64,000 nt of DNA from a virus: positions 2,706-66,705 of IMG/VR virus record IMGVR_UViG_3300045933_000229; one strand, written 5' to 3'. The notes beneath the pieces are model-generated. The model did not search any database. It saw only the letters and a program-made list of their open reading frames with translations, and was not told the origin of the DNA. Within the stretch, counting starts at the first letter, position 1, and the number at the start of each line of letters is the position of its first letter. The position numbers and the translations under genes were made by a program. Positions 7,709 through 16,623 of this stretch are shown here, piece after piece.

Positions 7709-9844
7709 TCACGCGTGCGCCCGCTCCCATTCGTCGGCGCAGTGCATCAGCACCTTGGCGAGCGCGGCGGGCAGGTCGGTCACCTGATCGACCGCGACGC
7801 TGCGCCCCTCGCCCGGGTAGCGCAGCGTCAGCTGCTCGGGATGCACGCCGATCCCGACGCCCACGACTTGCACGCCCATCCGCTCGGCTTCCCGGATCCG
7901 CTCGGCGTGCGCCGACTGCGACGCGGACCCGACGCCATCGGTGATAACAAGGAGGATCTTCCGCGCCTCGGGCCAGCGCGCCATCTTGCGCGCGTAGGCA
8001 ATCATCGCCTCGGTGTCCGGGGTGCCGCCGTTCGCGCGCCCCTGAATTTCGGCAATGTGCGGCAGCGCCCGGCGCAGCGCGGCGTCGCGCAGCTTGGCGG
8101 TGTAGATAATCGGCCCGGCGTCCGCATCCTTGAAGATGGCGACCTCGCACGGGAGCCTCATGGACGAGAACAGCGCGGCCAGCGCGTAACTCGCCTGCGC
8201 CGCCGCCCACGCCTTGCGCCCGCCCATGCTGCCGGAGGCATCGACCAAGATGGTCAGCGCAGTCTCGATGCCGGGAGTCTCGCCCCGGCGGATGAACACG
8301 GTCGGATCATCGACGCCGACGCGCGGCAGGCGCTGAGGGTCGATTCGCCCGGCGGTCAGCTTCCGGGTCGCCCACGATACCCGGGGCGAGCGCAGCGCGC
8401 GCGCCATGCGGGAAACCGTGAGGGGGTTCGCTTTGGCTTCCTTCAACGCGCGTGCCGCCCATTTCTGATAGTCCTCGGCGGTCCATCCCATCGTCGCGCT
8501 GATCTTGCGCCATACGATCGGCTGCTGATGCGCCATCATCTCGCCCAAGTAGGTGCCCGACTCCTCGCCGCTCACGTCCTTGGCGACCGCGTCCGCCGCC
8601 TTGCTCGGCTCCGGGTCAAGGGTCGGGTCGGCGTCAATCTCGGCTGCAGCCTTCGCCGCTTCGTCGTCGGATCCGCCCTTGCCTGCAGCGCCCCCGCCCG
8701 TTCCCTCGCCCGCGTCGCCCGGGTCGCCCGCGTCCGCGTCGCCAGCGTCGCCAGCGTCGCCAGCGTCGCCATCGGCGTCGCCCTCGCCCTCGCCCTCGCC
8801 ATCGGCGTCGCCTGCGCCATCGTCGCCCTCGGCGTCCGCGTCGCCATCGTCGCCCTCGCCGTCGGCGCCGTCGCCCGAACCGTCGGCGCCGTCCTCCTCG
8901 CCATCGTCGGCGCCATCGTCGGCGTCCTCGCCCTCGCCCGGGGTGCCGTCCTCGGCGCCATCGTCCCGGGGCGCGTTGACGCCCGCATCGTCGCCCTCGC
9001 CATCATCGTCGCCCGGGTCGCCCGCGTCGCCCGGGTCGCCCGCGTCGCCCGGGTCGCCCTCGCCCGGCTCGCCCGGCTCGCCCTTGGGCGCCTTGGCGCC
9101 CGGCTGCGGCTGCGGCAGGGGTGCCGGGGCGGCGGGGATGGCATACAGGTCGATGATTGCCTGCGCCGCGCTGACAAGGTCGGCGGTGCCGTTCGCGCAG
9201 TCGATCGCCGCGTCGGCCTGCGCGACCGCGGTGCGCATCCTCGGCGGCAGGACCGCCCGGATGGCTTCGGTCAGTGCGCCCCCGTACCGGCGGCACAGGA
9301 CCGCCAGCGCGAACGGGAGCGCGCTGTACTTGTCGGCGCGAACGAGCGCCGGGAACTCAGGCCCGGCGCGGTCGATCAGGTACTCAACGAGCGGGAGGAG
9401 GAGCGAGCGCCCGCCCGGCACGATGCGCTCCCGGATCAGCGTGCGCTCGATCCGCGCATCCTCTAGCGCGTTCAAGACATGGCGGTGCATCGGCCCGCGC
9501 TGCGCGAAGTCGGCGTACACCTTAAGGTCGGTGTAGCAAACGTGCGCCAGTTCATGCACCGCGTAGCCCGCGAAGATCGCCGCCTCGCGCCGGGTCATTT
9601 CGTCCTCGGGGTTGACCGCGGGGAGGATGAGGGTCACGTCGTAGGTCGTGCCGCCGCGCGGTTGTGTCGCCGCGCCGACACCTGGCGAGAACGTGACAGC
9701 TGCCATGTTGCCGGGGATGACGCATACCCGCCCCACCTTGGCGCGCTTGGGGAGTCGGCTGAACGCGGTGCGGACCTGCGCCTCGAATGCGAGGCCGATC
9801 CCGCTGAACACGTCGCCTGCGATCGGGGAGTCGAACGCGCTCAT
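7709..9844 (-). CDS. CobT-like VWA protein with acidic linker
   Basis: HELAH and LNALEDARIE N-domain; Asp/Gly-rich linker; MIDAS DASGS..GGTP..ITDG. Confidence 0.85.
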   Translation of the reverse strand: MSAFDSPIAGDVFSGIGLAFEAQVRTAFSRLPKRAKVGRVCVIPGNMAAVTFSPGVGAATQPRGGTTYDVTLILPAVNPEDEMTRREAAIFAGYAVHELAHVCYTDLKVYADFAQRGPMHRHVLNALEDARIERTLIRERIVPGGRSLLLPLVEYLIDRAGPEFPALVRADKYSALPFALAVLCRRYGGALTEAIRAVLPPRMRTAVAQADAAIDCANGTADLVSAAQAIIDLYAIPAAPAPLPQPQPGAKAPKGEPGEPGEGDPGDAGDPGDAGDPGDDDGEGDDAGVNAPRDDGAEDGTPGEGEDADDGADDGEEDGADGSGDGADGEGDDGDADAEGDDGAGDADGEGEGEGDADGDAGDAGDAGDADAGDPGDAGEGTGGGAAGKGGSDDEAAKAAAEIDADPTLDPEPSKAADAVAKDVSGEESGTYLGEMMAHQQPIVWRKISATMGWTAEDYQKWAARALKEAKANPLTVSRMARALRSPRVSWATRKLTAGRIDPQRLPRVGVDDPTVFIRRGETPGIETALTILVDASGSMGGRKAWAAAQASYALAALFSSMRLPCEVAIFKDADAGPIIYTAKLRDAALRRALPHIAEIQGRANGGTPDTEAMIAYARKMARWPEARKILLVITDGVGSASQSAHAERIREAERMGVQVVGVGIGVHPEQLTLRYPGEGRSVAVDQVTDLPAALAKVLMHCADEWERAHA
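8700..9080. repeat. low-complexity 6-, 9- and 18-bp tandem repeats encoding GD/GE linker
   Basis: GTCGCCAGC x3, GTCGCCCGGGTCGCCCGC repeats, TCGCCC runs. Confidence 0.7.
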
Positions 9845-11115
9845 TCGTCGCCCTCCTCGATCGCCTTCGCCGCCTCGGGGGTGACGTCGCCCGGGGCGAA
9901 GTTCTTCAGGTACAGCGCCTGCAGCGCCTCGCCCATTTCCGGGTCGTGGCGCGCGCTCACGGCGGCGGTGAACGCCGCCTGCGGTGTCATGCCCGCGCCC
10001 ATGAGGGAAGCCCACGCGAGCGCTTGGCGGTGACTGATCGCCGCCTGCGGGAAGTCCTCCTTCCGGGCAAGTTCCCGCGACGCCTGCAGGGTCGTGGCGA
10101 GCGCGACCGCGGTCGCCTTGTCCATGCTCGGGATGCGCTTCCTTAGCAGCCGCCCTTCCTGCGCGACGGTCAGATGGGGAACCTCGATGAACACGCCGAA
10201 CCGATCCCGGAGCGCTTCGGACTGCGGGCGAAGCCCGGCGTACATCCCGGAGCGATCGGCGTCGCCCCGATTGTTGTTCGCGACCGCGATGCTGACGCCT
10301 TCGGCAACCTCGATGCGCTGCCCGGTCTGCGGGATGATCGCCGCCCCGGATCCGTCAAGGATGGGGTGCAGCGCGATCAAGTCCTCGGGGCGCGCGACGC
10401 TCGGCTCGTCGAGTAGCAGGATGGCGTGCGGGGTGCGGAGCGCTGTCAGCACGGCGCCCGCCCGGAACGTGATCGACCCGGCGGTGAGGGTGTCTTGCCC
10501 GATCAGGTCGCCCCGGTCCACGCCATCGGCGAAGTTCACCCGGAAGAAGGGGCGCCCGGTGCGCGCGGCAATCTCGCGCAGCATCGTAGTCTTGCCGGTG
10601 CCCGGCGGGCCGTACAGCCACGCGTGAAGCCCGGCGCCCCACGCGTGCAACAGCGGGGCGATCAGGTCGGCGCGGAACACGTAGGCGGGGTCATGCTTGC
10701 GCCCGCCCGGGAGGATCTTGACCGGGATGGCGCCCGCGTCGCCCGCGACGCCGAACAGCGCGCCCGCGGTTGACGTTGTCGCAGCCGCCGGGGCGGCAGG
10801 GGGCAAGTCCTCGGGGTGCGCGACCGGCGCAGCCGCGACCGCCGGAGCGGGCGAGGGGAGCGCCGGGGCGTCGCCCGGGGCGGGGGTCGGCGCGGCGGCG
10901 GTAGCGGCCGGGGCGCCTTGGGTGAACATGGTGGCGAGGGTCAGCGTGCGCGGTCCGCACAGGGCGGCAGCGCGCGTGACCAAGTCCGGGGCGAGGCTTC
11001 GCAGCCACGCGTCCGTGACCTGCCCGCCTTGGGGTGCCGGAGCGCCCAGCATGACCAAGGCGTTCAACATCGCCCCGGTCTGCTTCGCGGTCAGCATGGC
11101 GGTAAGGGATTGCAT
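9841..11115 (-). CDS. CobS/MoxR-like AAA+ ATPase
   Basis: Walker A GPPGTGKT, Walker B LLLDE, ALRDRF Arg finger; SD GGAGG; coupled to VWA gene. Confidence 0.88.
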   Translation of the reverse strand: MQSLTAMLTAKQTGAMLNALVMLGAPAPQGGQVTDAWLRSLAPDLVTRAAALCGPRTLTLATMFTQGAPAATAAAPTPAPGDAPALPSPAPAVAAAPVAHPEDLPPAAPAAATTSTAGALFGVAGDAGAIPVKILPGGRKHDPAYVFRADLIAPLLHAWGAGLHAWLYGPPGTGKTTMLREIAARTGRPFFRVNFADGVDRGDLIGQDTLTAGSITFRAGAVLTALRTPHAILLLDEPSVARPEDLIALHPILDGSGAAIIPQTGQRIEVAEGVSIAVANNNRGDADRSGMYAGLRPQSEALRDRFGVFIEVPHLTVAQEGRLLRKRIPSMDKATAVALATTLQASRELARKEDFPQAAISHRQALAWASLMGAGMTPQAAFTAAVSARHDPEMGEALQALYLKNFAPGDVTPEAAKAIEEGDE

Positions 11116-11224
11116 CGGTCCTCCGATCGGCCCGGGGCGCCGACTGACGCCGCAACGGGAACCGGCACCCATGCACCGATCATGCCATCCGGACAGGATC
11201 CTGTCATGCGCCCGACGCCTGCCC

Positions 11225-11712
11225 GGGGGTGACCGCAGCCCGACACCTCGGCGCCCTTGCGGGCGTGCGATCGCGCCCTCGCGCGCGCGTACGCGTGGGG
11301 AACGTGACGGGATAGCGTCAGGTCGGCGGGGGATGGGCGGCTGGTCGGCGGCGGGGTGACCGGAAACCGTCAATTTCCCGCGCGCCGTCGGGATCTCGCC
11401 AGGTGACGCGGCACGTCACATTCTGCCGCAATTTGCGTCACCTCCGCTGCCGGAAACCTGTCGGGAATCAGTCACCTGGCGGGATTCCGTCACCAGCATC
11501 CCACGTGCCACGCAGCCGACACCTGCCGGAGCGCCGACACCCGGGCAGCCGCGTCCGTCAGGCGTCCGTCACCTGTCGGGAGCGCGTCAGGTCACCCGCC
11601 GCAGCGCCCGGGCAGCGCGACCCCCCCCCGCATCGGACCAGGCCGGCGGCCCCCGGGGGTGCGCGAGGACACCATAGGCGGGTTCCGGCACGCTGACCGT
11701 TGTCCTCACCTC
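11225..11712. repeat. non-coding region with dispersed GWCACC repeats
   Basis: at least 11 copies of GTCACC/GACACC on both strands within ~450 bp. Confidence 0.5.
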
Positions 11713-11791
11713 GGGACAGGGGGGGGGCATCACGGCCACCCCGAAATTTTCCGCCCTTGCGGCCGAAGTTGTTTCAGTGGAACATCAGGCC

Positions 11792-12109
11792 ATGAGGAAG
11801 ACGACGTGCAGCGCGTGTGGCGGACCGAACGACCGTCTGCCGCAGAGGTACTGCCGGGCCTGCCACGCCGCGAACATGCGCCGGACGAGGCCGAAGCACC
11901 GCGATCTGCCGGATGTTGAGCGCCTCAAGGCGAACACGAGGTCGTACTCGAACGTGATGCAGCGCCGGGGCAAGCTGAAACCCGAGCCGTGCATGGTGCT
12001 TGACTGCCTCAACAGGGCCGAGAAGCACCACCCGGACTATCGGGATCCGCTACGGGTGGTGTGGATCTGCAGGAAGCACCACCGGGAGAGGTTTCACGGG
12101 AAACCTTGA
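11792..12109 (+). CDS. zinc-finger/HNH-like small protein
   Basis: CSAC, CRAC, C...C..KHHPDY...VWICRKHH; start uncertain. Confidence 0.6.
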   Translation: MRKTTCSACGGPNDRLPQRYCRACHAANMRRTRPKHRDLPDVERLKANTRSYSNVMQRRGKLKPEPCMVLDCLNRAEKHHPDYRDPLRVVWICRKHHRERFHGKP

Positions 12110-12120
12110 CCGGGTCAGGG

Positions 12121-12187
12121 AGCGGGTGGCGGGACTCGAACCCGCGGCCTCAGCCTGTCAGGGGCCTCGGTCCCTCCCGGCACCCAC
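12121..12187 (-). tRNA. degenerate tRNA-like element (tRNA-Gly-like 3' half)
   Basis: minus-strand T-arm GCGGG-TTCGAGT-CCCGC and acceptor CACCCGC pairing with GTGGGTG; D and anticodon arms non-canonical; only 67 nt. Confidence 0.4.
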
Positions 12188-12435
12188 GTTGAGGCAGGCA
12201 ACGAGTGAAGACCTCCCCCCCTACCCCCCCTCCGGGGTGGTGATGAAGGCTCGCTCCCCACGGGTCCGTTGGGGCGGATCACCGCGCGTCCTCCCGGCTG
12301 ATCGCGAACGAGGCCGGTGGCTTGGTCCCGTATGCCCCCAGCTGCCGAGCAGGGGTTTCGGGAGACGAGAACAGGGGACGGGGGTGCCGAAAGACGGTTC
12401 GGCGAGATGGAGCGACCACGGACCCTGCGATCGGG

Positions 12436-12465
12436 AGCGTGCGCTTACCTCGGGTGAGGTGTCAA
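12436..12465 (-). promoter_or_regulatory. promoter into non-coding region 12110-12430
   Basis: minus-strand TTGACA, 18 nt, CACGCT; 17-bp identity with 59137-59153. Confidence 0.5.
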
Positions 12466-12998
12466 GAGTCCGACAGGATCGTGGGGCGCTTGTCGATGAA
12501 CTGCCGAAGGACGTGCTGCGGGACGTTGTAGGCAGGGCGGCCCGGCTGGAGCTCGCCCCACCAGTCGTCGTTCTTGCCGTCGCGGCCGAGGATCCAGCCG
12601 CGGATGTAGAGGCAGGGGCGATGGCCGGTGACGAGGACGAACGCGTGTTCGTCGCGGTCCCCGCGCCAGCCGTTCTTCTTGGTCCACACCCGCTTGTGGA
12701 GGATCAGGTGGCCGCCCGAGTAGGGGGTCGAGCGAACCTGCACCCGGCCGACGTCACCACGCTCGGTGTCGGGGAGGAGGGACGGCTCCCACGCCCGGCA
12801 GGCGGCGATGGCGACCGCGAACTCGGCCACCGCCCCGGCGATGTGCGGCTCGGCCGGATCCTTGCCCGTCCAGCCGTAGCGGTGCTGCCAGGTCGGCTGG
12901 CGAGCGGCGTAGTCGGCGCGCGCCTGACCGACGGCCTCGCCCCGGCGCACCTGCACCGGCGTCATCTCGACATAGACAGGACGCGGGTTCAATCGCAC
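12462..12998 (-). CDS. hypothetical protein, possible PD-(D/E)XK-like fold
   Basis: GAVAEFAVA...GDVGRVQVRST; start uncertain. Confidence 0.5.
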   Translation of the reverse strand: MRLNPRPVYVEMTPVQVRRGEAVGQARADYAARQPTWQHRYGWTGKDPAEPHIAGAVAEFAVAIAACRAWEPSLLPDTERGDVGRVQVRSTPYSGGHLILHKRVWTKKNGWRGDRDEHAFVLVTGHRPCLYIRGWILGRDGKNDDWWGELQPGRPAYNVPQHVLRQFIDKRPTILSDS

Positions 12999-13703
12999 AG
13001 CCCCTCGTAGTCGTGGGTCGAGGAGCCGTCGTGGTCGTGCAGCCGGTCGCGGTAACGCTGCGACCAGGGGAGGAAGCGCCCGCACTCGGCGCAGCGCGGC
13101 GGGAACTCGCCCGGGCCGTGCACCGGGCAGCGCTCGTCAGGCTCCAGCGCCACGATCGAGCAGCAGCACCAGTCGCGCTCCCTACACCTGTGGGTAGGTG
13201 TGGAGGTGGGTTCCGGTCTTGGGCTTTTGTCCACCGTCGAACTCGGGCGCGGGAAGGTGGTAGCCGCACACGTCGCACTTCGGCCGCCACCGGCGCCGCC
13301 AGTGCCAGCGAGGGCTATCGTTGTAGAGGAGCTCCCACAGGTTGCCGCAGCAGCGCCAGGTGCGCAGCATGAAGCGGCCCCGCGGCTCGTTCGAGACGGT
13401 CATTTCTCAGTCCGCCGTGCCGGGCCAGTACGGGCCGGTCCGCATGGACGGCGCCTCGATCGAGCGCGGGAGGTGCATCCAGTGCGTCGGCTGGGACTTG
13501 AGCGGCGCCCACCGGCGGATCACCCCGTCGAGATCGCGGCGCCCGATGCGCATGATGATCGGGCGGTAGCCGCTGCAGCGCATGAGGAGAACCATCCCGT
13601 CGCGCGCCGACAGCGACTCGATCCGTTTCACCCGCGGGTCGAGGTTGCGCACCGCTATCGCGATGGCGGTCGTGTACTGGTTCTGACGGTTTGGGAGGCT
13701 CAC
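12989..13703 (-). other. three short hypothetical ORFs (12989-13234, 13182-13403, 13407-13703), two Cys-rich
   Basis: ORF track; coupled arrangement. Confidence 0.4.
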
Positions 13704-14194
13704 GGCTTGCGGCCCTTCGGCCCGCGCCGCCGCCCGCCCGGCTGCGGGTCGGCCGGGGGCACCCAGTCCTTCGGCAGCAGGCCCGCGGCAATGGCGTCCT
13801 CGCGGGTCATCACCTTCACGTCGCGCCCGCCCCCGGCCTTGATCGCCTCGGTGATCGCGCCGATGAACTCCTTCATCGAGCCGAACTCCGGGATCGACGC
13901 CTGCTCGCGCGTGTCCTCGCGCTTCGCCTCATCGCGCTTGGCCTCGATGATGCCCTCCAGATCCGTGAGCAGCGCCACCTCCCACTGCGCCACGAACTCG
14001 TGCCGCCCGGGCGTGCACAGGAAGTCGTGCGCGAACCCGCACAGGTGGCGCGACACCTCGCCCATCTTCACCGCCGCGGTCGCCACGCTCATGATGTAGA
14101 GCCGCGCAAGGAGGTTCAACTCGCGCTCGGAGAGGTCGTCGAACTCCACCCGGATGCGGTTCTTCACCATGATCGTCATGTCGCCCAGCTTCAT
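13700..14194 (-). CDS. hypothetical protein
   Basis: SD GGAGG; coupled to neighbours. Confidence 0.55.
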   Translation of the reverse strand: MKLGDMTIMVKNRIRVEFDDLSERELNLLARLYIMSVATAAVKMGEVSRHLCGFAHDFLCTPGRHEFVAQWEVALLTDLEGIIEAKRDEAKREDTREQASIPEFGSMKEFIGAITEAIKAGGGRDVKVMTREDAIAAGLLPKDWVPPADPQPGGRRRGPKGRKP

Positions 14195-14445
14195 CTTGCC
14201 TCCCGGTCCGGGTCACGTTTCAGCACCACGTCGCGCTCCTGCGCCTCGATCCACGCGGTCACGCTGTGCGTCTTCACCACCGGGCAGCCGCGATGGTCGA
14301 AGCGTACGACGCTCGGCCCGTTGATGACCACCATGTTGCCCTCGGCCCTGATCGTGCCGGTGGCGTTCTGCACCACGATCACCGGCCGCCGCGGCCGCGA
14401 GCGGCGGATCTGCTCGTTCATGTAGATGAACAGGATGTCGCTCAT
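14191..14445 (-). CDS. hypothetical protein
   Basis: ATGA-coupled MSDILFIYMNE. Confidence 0.5.
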   Translation of the reverse strand: MSDILFIYMNEQIRRSRPRRPVIVVQNATGTIRAEGNMVVINGPSVVRFDHRGCPVVKTHSVTAWIEAQERDVVLKRDPDREAR

Positions 14446-14894
14446 GGGACGTCTTTCGGCGGCGGCAGCGCCTTCGAGGCTTCGACGTGTTCGAGGACGG
14501 TCTTCCCCGAGGGCAGCAGGATCTGCGCGAGGAACGCCCCCTCGAAGGACAGCATCCCCGTCTCGATCGCGGTCAGCTGCCCCTTCAACCAGTCGCGCAG
14601 CATCGAGTACACCGCGATCTCGGCCTGCTCCAGCGCGGCGCGCTCGTAGTCGGCCTTCGGGCGCGCCTTGCGGGGCGTCCACGGGTTGCGTTTCAGCTGC
14701 GCCGCCGCGTAGCCGCGCGTGCTGGCCTTCACCGACACCTGTCGGCCGCGGTACTCGAACTGCACCATCACCTCGCCCACCGAGGCGTCGGTCATGTGGC
14801 CGAACCGGCCGCAGCCGAACGCCCCCAGCAGGCGCTGGATGTCGTCGAGCGCCCGTCGGCCGCTGGTCGCGTTCGCGTAGGGCAGGTTGCTCAT
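14442..14894 (-). CDS. hypothetical phage protein
   Basis: MSNLPYANATSG...LRDWLKGQLTAIETGMLSFEGAFL. Confidence 0.65.
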   Translation of the reverse strand: MSNLPYANATSGRRALDDIQRLLGAFGCGRFGHMTDASVGEVMVQFEYRGRQVSVKASTRGYAAAQLKRNPWTPRKARPKADYERAALEQAEIAVYSMLRDWLKGQLTAIETGMLSFEGAFLAQILLPSGKTVLEHVEASKALPPPKDVP

Positions 14895-15114
14895 GCGGTG
14901 GGCCGCCCGGTGTAGTCGTCGAGGAATGACTGCAGCGCGTTCGCGAACTGGTCGGCCATCCACTCGGCCTCGGCCTTCGTCGGCAGGTCGCCGCCGACCT
15001 GGAAGTTCTGGATCCCGCTTACCTGGCACCAGACCTCCCAATGCCCGCGGTATCCCCGCACCTTCGTCCGCTCGCGCAGCCACTTCGCCCGCGGCTTGAT
15101 GACGCGGCGGTAGG

Positions 15115-15417
15115 TCACGGCTGCTTCGCCTCGAACGGGCTGACCGGCTTCGCCACCGCGCGCGACATCGCCATGAAGCCCTGCTCGAAGTGCGTCTTGG
15201 CGATCGAGAGCCAGCGGCTGTCGGTGGACTTGTCGGCCATCATCGTTTTCCACAGCATCGCCACCGCCACCTCCATCGACTTCACCTCGTTCATGCGCGC
15301 GATCACCTCCGGCGGCAGCGTGCGGTAGCCGCGGATCTGGCTGCCGTCCATCGGCGGGGCGGCGCCCAGCGCATCGCTCGGGGCTTCGGGAAGGGCGGAT
15401 TGGTTGTCGTCGGTCAT
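15115..15417 (-). CDS. acb2: Acb2 (anti-CBASS cyclic-nucleotide sponge) homolog
   Basis: IRGYRTL...MNEVK...RWLSIAKTHFEQGFMAMSRAVAKP matches the Acb2 pattern IKGYR.L...MN..K...RWLAIGKT..Q.G.MA..RAIA.P. Confidence 0.8.
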   Translation of the reverse strand: MTDDNQSALPEAPSDALGAAPPMDGSQIRGYRTLPPEVIARMNEVKSMEVAVAMLWKTMMADKSTDSRWLSIAKTHFEQGFMAMSRAVAKPVSPFEAKQP

Positions 15418-15445
15418 CGTTCGGTCCTCGCAGGTTGTTGAAAAC

Positions 15446-15474
15446 TTGACAGGTGAGTAATCGCTCGCTACAGT
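15446..15474 (+). promoter_or_regulatory. near-consensus sigma70 promoter with no downstream + strand CDS
   Basis: TTGACA, 17 nt, TACAGT. Confidence 0.7.
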
Positions 15475-15480
15475 CCGCGG

Positions 15481-15593
15481 CATGATCCGTCCCGGTCTTG
15501 TCACCCGGGATGACGCTTTGGTCGGCGTCGGCACGGACCCCGGATCTACAGACGGCCCCGTCGGAATCCCACCGCCCGGGGCCGTTGACTTTT
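15481..15593 (+). ncRNA. candidate ~110-nt small RNA
   Basis: promoter upstream; closing stem GATCCG/CGGATC enclosing two hairpins; terminator ACGGCCCCG/CGGGGCCGT + TTTT. Confidence 0.55.
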
Positions 15594-16437
15594 AGAACTC
15601 CGGCATCTTCCCCTCTCGAATCATGAACTTGGGCGGCATCATGTTGCGCTCGTAGGCGGCGAGCGCCTCGCGCGCGCGCACCTGCGCCCGGTCCATCAGC
15701 TGCCGCTCCACCTCCTGCCAGCGGCGCGGGTCGATCCTGAACTCCTCGGCCATGCGCCGCGCCATCGCCTGCACCTCGTCGGCAACGAGCCGCTGCAGCA
15801 GGCGCAGCAGGTCCGCCGGCAGCTGCGGCGCCGGGGGAAAGAGCGCCGCGTTCATCGCGTCGATCCCGCGCCCCTCCTTCGCCTGCGCGATCGACCACTC
15901 GCGCTTGATGCGCTCCACCTCGGCGCGCGCGAGCGCCGCCTGCCGCTCGGCCGCGTCCACCTTCACGCGGATCTCCTCGGCGGTGAGGCCCCACGCCTCA
16001 TTTCCGCCCGGGACGATCTGGCCCCAGTCGGCGTTTGGTCCGACCCTCATTCCGGGCGGCTTCTTCACGCTCGAAGGCGGACCCGCCACGCCGCCCTCCG
16101 GCTTTTTTGGCAGCATCGTGAATGGCTTACCCTGCTGCGCGATGAGTTCGTTGAGGGCCTGCTTCATGCCCTTCGCGTCGAGGGCGTCGCCGCCGTCGGT
16201 GACCTCCTTGACCACCTGCGCAAGCGCCGGGTCGATCGCCATCGGGATCTTCTCGATCACCCGCCAGCCGAAGCGCGCGCCGTCCTCGACGAACTTCGCC
16301 AGCGGCTCGCCGATCCAGTCCTCCAGCGTCTCGTCGGCGCCGACGATCACGCCCGCGGCGTCGATGATGATCTCGACCTCCTGCTCGCCGATCTTTACCC
16401 ACCGCCGGGTCGTCTCAGGTGCGGCCTTCTTCGCCAT
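15592..16437 (-). CDS. hypothetical coiled-coil protein
   Basis: SD GGAGG; strong GC3 bias. Confidence 0.65.
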   Translation of the reverse strand: MAKKAAPETTRRWVKIGEQEVEIIIDAAGVIVGADETLEDWIGEPLAKFVEDGARFGWRVIEKIPMAIDPALAQVVKEVTDGGDALDAKGMKQALNELIAQQGKPFTMLPKKPEGGVAGPPSSVKKPPGMRVGPNADWGQIVPGGNEAWGLTAEEIRVKVDAAERQAALARAEVERIKREWSIAQAKEGRGIDAMNAALFPPAPQLPADLLRLLQRLVADEVQAMARRMAEEFRIDPRRWQEVERQLMDRAQVRAREALAAYERNMMPPKFMIREGKMPEF

Positions 16438-16476
16438 CCCGACCTCCATGCAAGATCGTGTCAGTATGGACCGGGG

Positions 16477-16505
16477 TTGCAAATCCCGCAAGCGGCGTCT
16501 ACCAT
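16477..16505 (+). promoter_or_regulatory. putative promoter of packaging/structural operon
   Basis: TTGCAA, 17 nt, TACCAT; operator-like box at 16448-16463. Confidence 0.55.
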
Positions 16506-16623
16506 CGCGCGCAACGAGGTGAGCGCCCGCTCACCGTTCGAGGAGCGTTCAATGGGATGTCCCTGCCGGGGACGACGCCCCATTCCGCCACGGCCAGCGC
16601 CCCCGCGATAGGCTGACCAGCCC

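Noticed and set aside
8700-9080. CRISPR-like array
   Set aside because: Repeats are short, in-frame and coding, with no unique spacers
7373-9466. Long + strand ORFs (697 aa, 327 aa) with VAR/SP repeats
   Set aside because: Antisense shadows of the VWA gene and its repeat linker in high-GC DNA
12118-12430. tmRNA or functional tRNA
   Set aside because: No Ala-type acceptor or CCA end, no evident tag ORF, and D/anticodon arms are non-canonical
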